A stretch of 64,000 nucleotides of DNA, from the NCBI GenBank assembly GCA_963805545.1, contig CAWDUU010000004.1, forward strand, positions 13,255 to 77,254, written 5' to 3'. The notes below the pieces were generated by a model, which was not told where the DNA came from, ran no database searches, and saw only the letters and a list, made by a program, of their open reading frames with translations. The translations under genes were made by a program, and so were the position numbers. Shown one piece after another: positions 56,866 to 64,000 of the stretch. The stretch's first letter is position 1. Each line of letters opens with the position of its first letter. The stretch comes from an uncultured Actinomycetes bacterium (GTDB lineage Bacteria > Actinomycetota > Thermoleophilia > Gaiellales > JAICJC01).

Positions 56866-57695
56866 GCGCGCTTCCCCCCGGGCTCGACGCGGCCGCGGTG
56901 CGCGCCGTGGCGATGGATCTCGACCGCACGATCCTGCCCGACACGCTGGAGTTCACGCCGGCGCTCGTCCGTGCGGTCGGCCGGGCCCGCGGCTCCGGGA
57001 TCGAGGCCATCGTGGCCACCGGGCGCATGTTCGCGTCGGCCCGCCCCTACGCCCTTCAGCTCGGCGTCACCGCGCCGGTCATCTGCTACCAGGGCGCGCT
57101 CGTCGCCGACCCCGCGACCGGCGAGTGGCTCCTTCACCGGCCGATGGACGTGGCGCTCGCGCACGAGGTGATCGAGGCGGTCTCGGCCGCCGGCTTCCAC
57201 ATGAACGTGTACGTCGACGACCGGCTCTTCGTCGAGGAGCTGAACGACGAGGCGGTCACCTACGCCGGGCACGCCCGGCTCGAGGCGCACGCCGTCGGCG
57301 ACCTCCTGGCGTGGCTCGACCGGCCGACCACGAAGATCGTCGTCGTCGGCGAGCCCGAGGCGCTCGACGGGCTCCAGGACGACCTCCGGGCCCAGTTCGA
57401 CGGCCGCGCCTTCATCGCCAAGTCCCTGCCGATCTTCCTCGAGCTGGCGCTGCCCGGGGTGAGCAAGGGCGCCGCGCTCGAGTACGTCTGCGGGCGGCTC
57501 GGGATCGATCCGGCGGCCGTCGTGGCCTTCGGCGACGGCGCGAACGACGTCGAGCTGCTCGAGACCGCGGGCCTCGGCGTGGCCGTCGCCGACGCCGACG
57601 CCGCCCTCGGCCCGGTCGCCGGCTGGACGGTGCCGGGCGTGGACGACGACGGGGTCGCGGGCTTCCTGGACGCGTTAGTAGACTCACGGCCCTGA
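56862..57695 (+). CDS. Cof-type HAD hydrolase
   Basis: MDLDRT, VATGR, SKG, FGDGANDVELL. Confidence 0.88.
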   Translation: MSALPPGLDAAAVRAVAMDLDRTILPDTLEFTPALVRAVGRARGSGIEAIVATGRMFASARPYALQLGVTAPVICYQGALVADPATGEWLLHRPMDVALAHEVIEAVSAAGFHMNVYVDDRLFVEELNDEAVTYAGHARLEAHAVGDLLAWLDRPTTKIVVVGEPEALDGLQDDLRAQFDGRAFIAKSLPIFLELALPGVSKGAALEYVCGRLGIDPAAVVAFGDGANDVELLETAGLGVAVADADAALGPVAGWTVPGVDDDGVAGFLDALVDSRP

Positions 57696-58984
57696 TGCTG
57701 GACGTCGGGCAGATCCGGGCCGATCCGGACGGCACCAAGCGGGCGCTCGCCCGCCGCGGCGAGGAGGCGGTGCGCGACGTCGACCTGGTGATCGAGGCCG
57801 ACGCGCGCCGGCGTGAGGTGCTGGCCCGGGTCGAGGCGGCCCGCGCCGACCGAAACGCCGCCGCCAAGGCGATCGCCGAGGCCAAGCAGCGCGGCGAGGA
57901 CGCCGCCGCCGAGATCGCCCGCCAGGGCGAGCTGAAGGAGCGCCAGTCGGCCGACGAGGCGGCGCTCGCCGAGGCCGACGAGGCGCTCGGCGAGCTCATG
58001 CTCCGCGTGCCCAACATCCCCCACCCCTCGGCGCCGGCGGGCGCGGCCGAGGAGGACGCCGAGATCCTGCGCGTCCACGGCAAGCCGCCCGAGTTCGGGT
58101 TCGAGCCGCGCGACCACCTCGACCTGGCCGGGCCGGAGGGCCTCGGCCTGATCGACCCGGAGTCGGCCGCGCGCGTCTCGGGGAGCCGCTTCCACTACCT
58201 GAAGGGCGACCTGGTGCGGCTGGAGTTCGCGCTCGTCCAGTGGGGGCTTGCGAAGCTCGCCGACAAGGGCTTCGTGCCGGTCATCCCGCCCGTGCTCGTG
58301 AAACGCGAGGCGATGGTCGGCACCGGCTTCTTCCCCGAGGCCGAGGCGCAGGTGTACGCGCTCGGCTCCGACGACCTCTACCTGGTCGGCACCGCCGAGG
58401 TGCCGCTGGCCTCGATGCACGGCGGCGAGACGCTGGCCGAGGCCGACCTGCCGCTTCGCTACGTCGGCTTCTCGACCTGCTTCCGGCGCGAGGCCGGCGC
58501 GGCCGGCAAGGACACGCGCGGCATCTTCCGCGTCCACCAGTTCGACAAGCTCGAGCTCTTCAGCTACTGCCACCCCGACGACTCCTGGAACGAGCACGAA
58601 CGCCTGCTCGCCATCGAGGAGGAGATCGCCCAGGATCTCGGCTTCCACTACCAGGTGGTCGACATCCCCGCCGGCGACCTGGGCGCGTCCGCCGCGCGCA
58701 AGTACGACATCGAGGTATGGCTGCCCGGCCAGGAGCGCTACCGGGAACTGACCTCCTGCTCCAACTGCACCGACTACCAGGCCCGCCGGCTCAACACCCG
58801 ATTCCGCCCCGACGACGGCGGAAAGCCGCAGTTCGTCCACATGCTGAACGGCACCGCCATCACCTCGTCCCGCACCCTGCTCGCGCTCATCGAGTACGGC
58901 CAGCAGGCCGACGGCACGGTCGTCTTGCCCGACGTCCTGCGGCCGTACGGCGCGCCCGAAGCGCTCCAGGCGCCCGCGGCCTAG
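57695..58984 (+). CDS. serS: Seryl-tRNA synthetase
   Basis: LVGTAEVPL, FRREAG, RVHQFDKLE, ELTSCSNCTDYQARRL, MLNGT. Confidence 0.97.
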   Translation: MLDVGQIRADPDGTKRALARRGEEAVRDVDLVIEADARRREVLARVEAARADRNAAAKAIAEAKQRGEDAAAEIARQGELKERQSADEAALAEADEALGELMLRVPNIPHPSAPAGAAEEDAEILRVHGKPPEFGFEPRDHLDLAGPEGLGLIDPESAARVSGSRFHYLKGDLVRLEFALVQWGLAKLADKGFVPVIPPVLVKREAMVGTGFFPEAEAQVYALGSDDLYLVGTAEVPLASMHGGETLAEADLPLRYVGFSTCFRREAGAAGKDTRGIFRVHQFDKLELFSYCHPDDSWNEHERLLAIEEEIAQDLGFHYQVVDIPAGDLGASAARKYDIEVWLPGQERYRELTSCSNCTDYQARRLNTRFRPDDGGKPQFVHMLNGTAITSSRTLLALIEYGQQADGTVVLPDVLRPYGAPEALQAPAA

Positions 58985-59062
58985 CGGCCGTTCGCGGGGG
59001 AAGACGCCGGGCACCACGTGCGTCTTCTCACTATCGCGAAGCCGATGGGCAAGGAGGTCACG

Positions 59063-59851
59063 ATGGCGCGCAGGAACACCGACGGCACGGCACGTCCCAG
59101 GCTCGACCCGCCGACGGTCGACGACTCCGGATGGCTCGAGTTCGAGCTGCCTGACACGGCCGGCGAGCGGGACCAGTCGGTTCGGGCATCGATCCAGAAC
59201 GTCCACCGCCAGGCGTACACCGACCTCGCCCTCTTCGGCCGCTTCCGGTGGGCGGGCTACTCATCGGTGCAGAGCAAGCTGCGGATCGCCGCCGAGGCGC
59301 TTCAGAACGGCGCGCGGCGCCGGGCCGAGGAGCTCGTTCACGAGGCGCAGGCCACCTACCGGGAGCAGCTGGCGGCCCAGCGCAAGGTCTGGTACCTGGC
59401 AGGCGTCGCGCTCGGCATCGGCCTGCTGGCAATCCTCCAGTTCACGCTCCAGCGCTCCATCGACTCGCTGGGCGGCGTCATCACCGAGCAGTTCGCACTC
59501 CAGATCGTCGTCTTCGCCGGCATGGGCACGCTCGCAAGCGTCCTGACGCGGCTGAACCAGTTCCACATCGACGTCTACGCGACGCGCTCGCTCGTGATCA
59601 TCTCCGGCGCCTCCCGGCCGCTGGTCGCGGCGTTCGCCGCCTTTGCGACCTACACGATCTTCCGCAGCAACATCGAGCCGATCACGATCAACGGGACCGA
59701 TCTCTCGAACGTCAACGACGCTGCGTACGTCTACCTGACGGCCGCCTTCCTGTGCGGGTTCTCCGAGCGGTTCGGCAAGGACGTCATCGACAAGGCCGCC
59801 ACCGCCCTCGGCGGCGGGTCGCCGACACTGACGCCCCTCCCCGGCGCCTGA
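59063..59851 (+). CDS. Hypothetical membrane protein with C-terminal GFSER motif
   Basis: Soluble helical N-terminus, four TMs, AFLCGFSERF. Confidence 0.65.
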   Translation: MARRNTDGTARPRLDPPTVDDSGWLEFELPDTAGERDQSVRASIQNVHRQAYTDLALFGRFRWAGYSSVQSKLRIAAEALQNGARRRAEELVHEAQATYREQLAAQRKVWYLAGVALGIGLLAILQFTLQRSIDSLGGVITEQFALQIVVFAGMGTLASVLTRLNQFHIDVYATRSLVIISGASRPLVAAFAAFATYTIFRSNIEPITINGTDLSNVNDAAYVYLTAAFLCGFSERFGKDVIDKAATALGGGSPTLTPLPGA

Positions 59852-59912
59852 GACACTTCGGATTCCGACATAGGTTGCGCCCCGCCGGGAATGCGGGTAC
59901 CGTCGAAAGAGG

Positions 59913-61721
59913 ATGGTGGGGGTGGCACGTACATGCGCGCTGGTGGTCGCTGCGGCGGCGCTGCTGCTCGTGCCCGCGCCCGCCGGCGCCACGATCGCGA
60001 CCCGCCCGCTCGACACGTGGCAGACGAACGGGCGGGTGAACGCCATCCTCCAGATCGGCGGCATCACGTACGTCGGCGGCAAGTTCACGCAGATCTCGGA
60101 TCACAGCGGCAACACCCGCCCCGTCTCCAACCTGGCGGCGTTCAACGCCTCCGGGAACCCGACGTCGTGGGCGCCGGCCGCCAGCGGCACCGTCAAGGCG
60201 ATCGCGCCGGGCGCCGGCGGCACCATCATCGTCGGCGGGAGCTTCACCAAGATCGACGGCAAGGGCCGAAACCACGTCGCCGAGATCGACTCGAACGGCA
60301 CGCTCATCCCGAAGGCCACCTGGGCCGGCGCCGCGAACGGCGACGTCCAGGCGCTGGCCGTGCAGGGATCGCGGCTCTACCTCGGCGGCACGTTCAGCCT
60401 GGTGGAGGGAGCGTCGCGAAGCTTCCTGGCGGCCGTCTCGCTTTCGGACGGGAGCCTTGACGCGGGCTGGACGCCGACGGTCGACGGCCGCGTCGACGGC
60501 CTGGCCGCGAACGGCTCTCGCGTCGTCGCGGGCGGCTTCTTCACGACCGTGAACGGTGTCGGCCAGGCCAGCCTGGCGGCGCTCGATCCGGTCACGGGCG
60601 ACTTCCAGAGCGGGTGGAACCTGCACAGGAGCTCGCCGGTGGTGGCGATGGCCGAGCGGGGCGACGGCTCGATCTACGCCGGGACGGGCAACAACCGGCT
60701 GACGGCGTTCGACGCCTCGGGCGTGACGACATGGCAGATCGGGTTCGACGGCAACGTCCAGGCGATCGCCGTGTCCGACGGCGAGGTCGTGGCCGGCGGG
60801 CACTTCGACAACCTGTGCGACCTCGGGACGAACTGCACAAACCCAATCGTTCGCCGCCATATCGCCGCCCTCGACCCCGCAAACGGCAACCTCGACACCG
60901 GTTGGGCGCCGAGCGTCAACAGCGACCTCGGCGTCTTCGCGCTGGCCGACACCTCGGCCGGGCTCGCCGTCGGGGGCGACTTCACCAAGATCGGCGGCGT
61001 CGACCAGGCCCACCTGGCGTGGATGGCAACCGGCAGCTCGGTTCCGGTCGACTCGGCACCGCCAACGATCACGTTCGCACCGGCCGCGATCCTGCGCAAG
61101 GCGACGACGATCAGCCACGGCCGCATCCCGATGCTCGTGCGCTGGGCCGCGACCGATCCCAGCGGCGTGTGCAGCTACCACGTCGAGCGCAGCGTCGCCG
61201 GCGATCCGTGGACGACCGTCGCGTTGAAGAAGCCGACCTCGCGCTCGAAGCAGATCTCCCCCAGGCCGTCGGCGGCGAGCATCCGCTACCGCGTCTCGGC
61301 GACCGACTGCGTCGGCAACACGTCGAGCTTCACGACCGGCCCGGCCGGCGTGCTCTCGGCCGTGCAGGACACGAGCGGCCGGATCTCCTACACCCGCGCC
61401 TGGAAGCGCGCCTCGGCCGGACAGGCCTACGGCAACACGATCCACGTCGTGAGCCGGGCCGGAGCGACGGCCAGGTTCACGTTCACCGGCCGGCAGGTGG
61501 CATGGGCGGCCTCGCGGCTGCCGGGCCGCGGCGTCGCCCGCATCTACCTGGACGGCGAGCGGGTGGCGACGGTGAACCTGCACAGCTCGACGAAGATGCA
61601 CCGCCGGATCGTGTTCGCCCGCGTCTGGTCGAACTCGGCGGAGCATCGGCTCACGATCGTCTGCGCCGGCACGGCCGGCCACCCGAAGGTCGACGTTGAC
61701 GCGATCCTGACCGTGCGCTGA
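59913..61721 (+). CDS. Secreted beta-propeller protein with Fn3-like and jelly-roll C-terminal domains
   Basis: Signal peptide; repeats xVxAL...YVGGxF...LAAxD...W; terminal VDVDAI; TTGCGC-N17-TACCGT promoter. Confidence 0.7.
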   Translation: MVGVARTCALVVAAAALLLVPAPAGATIATRPLDTWQTNGRVNAILQIGGITYVGGKFTQISDHSGNTRPVSNLAAFNASGNPTSWAPAASGTVKAIAPGAGGTIIVGGSFTKIDGKGRNHVAEIDSNGTLIPKATWAGAANGDVQALAVQGSRLYLGGTFSLVEGASRSFLAAVSLSDGSLDAGWTPTVDGRVDGLAANGSRVVAGGFFTTVNGVGQASLAALDPVTGDFQSGWNLHRSSPVVAMAERGDGSIYAGTGNNRLTAFDASGVTTWQIGFDGNVQAIAVSDGEVVAGGHFDNLCDLGTNCTNPIVRRHIAALDPANGNLDTGWAPSVNSDLGVFALADTSAGLAVGGDFTKIGGVDQAHLAWMATGSSVPVDSAPPTITFAPAAILRKATTISHGRIPMLVRWAATDPSGVCSYHVERSVAGDPWTTVALKKPTSRSKQISPRPSAASIRYRVSATDCVGNTSSFTTGPAGVLSAVQDTSGRISYTRAWKRASAGQAYGNTIHVVSRAGATARFTFTGRQVAWAASRLPGRGVARIYLDGERVATVNLHSSTKMHRRIVFARVWSNSAEHRLTIVCAGTAGHPKVDVDAILTVR

Positions 61722-61818
61722 CGCGCGGAGCAGGCCCGATCGGCGTGCGGGTTTCCACGCCGGCCGATTCGGTGCGGACGCCGATGCGCCCGCCCCGACC
61801 GGCGGCGATGCTGACATC

Positions 61819-62481
61819 GTGGCTGCTCGCGTCGACCTGTACTGGCTGCCGCTCGGAGCCGGCGGTCGCTCCGTTCGGCTCAACGGCCGCGTCTTCGAGG
61901 CGTGCGGCGCCCGCCTCGCACACCGCAGGCCACGTGACCTCTACCACTCGGCGCTCGAGGGCGCCCTGCCGGACGTCGGGCCGTTCGTCGTCGAGATGAC
62001 ACCTGTGCCGCGCGGCGATGGGGGGAGCCGGGGCGTGGTGGCCGGAGGCCCGGTCGGCGCGCGCTGGGCCGGTCGGATGCGGATCTTCCGCTACGAGGTG
62101 CGCCGCTGGCCCGGCGGGGCGATCCCCGACGTCGCCGAGGCGGTCGAGAGCCCACGCCGGCTGTCCGAGGACGCGGTGATCGTTCGCCGGATCTGGGACC
62201 TCGCGCCGGCGCTCCCACCGTTCGTCTGGGGGCGGGACGAACTGCATGCGGGCGACATGTGGAACTCGAACTCCGTGATCGCGTGGCTGATCGCCCGGAG
62301 CGGCCTCGCGGCGGAGGCGATCCACCCTCCGGAAGGCGGCCGCGCGCCCGGCTGGAGCGCCGGAGTCGCGGCGGCCCGCGGCTGCAATCCGCCCCGGACC
62401 CGGGAGACAGTGAGCGGAGCCGCAGGTGCTATCTTCGAGCCACCGGCGGGGTGGCGGAGCGGCCGAACGCACCGGTCTTGA
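61819..62481 (+). CDS. Hypothetical protein (actinobacterial family); 3' end runs into the tRNA
   Basis: DLYWLPLGAGG, DLYHSALE, YEVRRWPGG, MWNSNSVIAWL; last about 12 codons overlap tRNA. Confidence 0.65.
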   Translation: MAARVDLYWLPLGAGGRSVRLNGRVFEACGARLAHRRPRDLYHSALEGALPDVGPFVVEMTPVPRGDGGSRGVVAGGPVGARWAGRMRIFRYEVRRWPGGAIPDVAEAVESPRRLSEDAVIVRRIWDLAPALPPFVWGRDELHAGDMWNSNSVIAWLIARSGLAAEAIHPPEGGRAPGWSAGVAAARGCNPPRTRETVSGAAGAIFEPPAGWRSGRTHRS

Positions 62482-62534
62482 AAACCGGCATCGGGGGTTC
62501 ACCTCGATCGTGGGTTCGAATCCCACCCCCGCCG
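62445..62534 (+). tRNA. tRNA-Ser(UGA)
   Basis: Acceptor GGCGGGG/CCCCGCC, anticodon arm CCGGT-CTTGAAA-ACCGG, long variable arm, GTGGG-TTCGAAT-CCCAC, discriminator G; no encoded CCA. Confidence 0.95.
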
Positions 62535-62753
62535 CTCGGCGAGCCAGATCCGGCGTGGTTGAGCGGTTTCCGCGCTTCTGTGGACGCGCTTGCAGGCGGC
62601 GCGGACGTCCGTCCAAGTCCGCTGCAGTCCGCTGTTTTCAAACCCGGGGGGCGCAGCCGGGGCGCAAGCCGAGGGACAGCGTCGCTGCTCGGCCTCTGCC
62701 ATCGACCGGGGCCAAGCCGTAAGCTCGCGGTGGCCGCCGACGACGATCTCTAT

Positions 62754-63434
62754 ATGACGACACTGAACCCCACCCAAGCGCTGTGCCCGCTGTGCGGCAC
62801 ACGAAGCGAGCAGGTCGTGATCGGGAGCTCGAGCAGCTTCGGTAGTCCGGATCTCGACCTACGGCCGCCCGAACTCGTTCGCAGCACGATCCCATTCTGG
62901 ATCGCGACCTGCCCAGGCTGTGGGGTCGTGGCCGGCGCCGGGCTCAAGCTTGACCCGGCGCCGGAGCATCGTGAGGCGTTGAACGCGCTGCTGACGACAA
63001 CGGCCTACACAGATGCTGGCCCAGACCACCTCCCGGACCTGGCACGCGACTTCCTCCGCCACTCGCTCGTACTGGAGACACGGGGCAATCACGGTGGCGG
63101 GGGGTGGTCGACGCTTCATGCCGCTTGGGCATGCGACGACTCGGAGGTGCACGCTGGCGCGCGTGAATGTCGCCTGCTCGCAGTTGCGCGGTTCGAGGCG
63201 TGTGCCACACGCGGCGAGCGGTTTGCAGAGGACACACCCTCAGAAAGGATGGTGGTGGCCGACTCGCTGCGTCGTGCTGGTCGCCACACCGATGCCGTCC
63301 GCGCTTGCGATGCCGGCCTCTGCGCCGACCCCAGTTCCGACCTCGAGCGGCTCCTTAGGTTCGTGCGCGAACTCTGCCAAGAACGAGATACGAGCCGTCA
63401 CACCATCGAGGAGGCCGGCATTGGACCTGGCTGA
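62754..63434 (+). CDS. DUF2225-like Zn-binding protein with TPR-like helices
   Basis: CPLCG...PDLDLRP...CPGCG, LHAAWACDD, helical C-terminus. Confidence 0.65.
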   Translation: MTTLNPTQALCPLCGTRSEQVVIGSSSSFGSPDLDLRPPELVRSTIPFWIATCPGCGVVAGAGLKLDPAPEHREALNALLTTTAYTDAGPDHLPDLARDFLRHSLVLETRGNHGGGGWSTLHAAWACDDSEVHAGARECRLLAVARFEACATRGERFAEDTPSERMVVADSLRRAGRHTDAVRACDAGLCADPSSDLERLLRFVRELCQERDTSRHTIEEAGIGPG

Positions 63435-64000
63435 ATGGTCGATCGCCGAGGTCGACGAGGAATGCGCGGCTCCCCACCGGGAGTACAAACGTCGGCTCGA
63501 GAAGGCGTACTCCGCCTACTTCGCTGCCCATCCGAGCCTCGCAGGCAAGCACCGCTTCAAGGCCGCCTCGATCGAAGCGGCACTCCCAGAGGGATTCGCC
63601 GGACTGACGTCAGAGATCCCACCGCGACTGCTGCACCGACACCACCTCTCCGGCGGGTCGAGCCAGGTAGTCGCCCTCGGCATGCTCGGCGCGGCTGCGC
63701 GGATCGACCCCACCCTCCGATGGCTCACAACAGCTCTTCAACTACCCGCGCTCTCGAAGCCAATTCCAAGCGTCCAGTTCGAATACGAAGTTGACGCTGC
63801 GCTGCTCGGAGAACGCCCGCGGGTCACCACGCTCGATACCCGAGTGGACGATGCCGACGCCGTTCTCTGCATCGAGGCGAAACTGTGGGAGGAAGGTCTC
63901 GGTACGTGCAGCTGCGGAGAGCAGCGAGCTGCGATGTCCGACTGCTCCCCCCTGGTCCTCAACCGCGCCGCCTACTGGACGACGTCGACAACAGTGTTCG
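63421..64000 (+). CDS. Putative PD-(D/E)XK restriction-type endonuclease (PGN_0703-like), truncated by window end
   Basis: Not in the ORF track; GAGGAGG RBS then TTG 63421; own translation gives HLSGGSSQVVA, FEYEV..LLGE, TTLD...CIEAKLWEEGLGTCSC. Confidence 0.65.
   Translation, partial: MDLAEWSIAEVDEECAAPHREYKRRLEKAYSAYFAAHPSLAGKHRFKAASIEAALPEGFAGLTSEIPPRLLHRHHLSGGSSQVVALGMLGAAARIDPTLRWLTTALQLPALSKPIPSVQFEYEVDAALLGERPRVTTLDTRVDDADAVLCIEAKLWEEGLGTCSCGEQRAAMSDCSPLVLNRAAYWTTSTTVF

Larger units (their letters stand above)
62535..64000. mobile_element. Probable left end of a genomic island integrated at tRNA-Ser
   Basis: More A/T-ending codons immediately after the tRNA; short repeats (GGGGCGCA x2, GTCCGC); putative nuclease gene; no integrase in window. 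Confidence 0.5.

Noticed and set aside
62259-62753. N-terminal extension of the 391-aa ORF 62259..63434
   Set aside because: It runs through the tRNA; the real start is ATG 62754.
63435-63794. ORF-track 119-aa protein MVDRRGRRG...
   Set aside because: Wrong frame; the adjacent frame from TTG 63421 has an RBS and nuclease motifs.

Overview
This is a high-GC actinobacterial chromosomal segment, most consistent with Thermoleophilia (Gaiellales/Solirubrobacterales-like); that assignment is inferred from gene content, style and pervasive leaderless TANNNT promoters. It holds about 62 CDS and one tRNA-Ser(UGA). Housekeeping genes include fabF, clpP, acnA, glcDEF, glpX, lhr-nei, ogt, an ahbAB fusion and serS. 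Signalling genes include two ECF sigma factors, an MprAB-like two-component system, an AfsR/SARP-type regulator and a partner-switching module with two STAS proteins. A DUF4331-TPR-Ni/Co-transporter operon and two orphan Flp pilins are present, and a probable genomic island starts just after the tRNA. The top candidate for an undescribed system lies at 28.4-36.8 kb. Stand-alone membrane sensor proteins (two in tandem here, a third at 18.7 kb) stop after the first elements of a GAF-like domain. The translationally coupled PP2C-HATPase gene directly downstream begins with what looks like the missing second half. A shared 11-bp-period direct repeat (GTAACG-N5-RGRACG) precedes three of these transcription starts, next to a divergent SARP activator. 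All assignments come from motif recognition by eye; no database searches were run.
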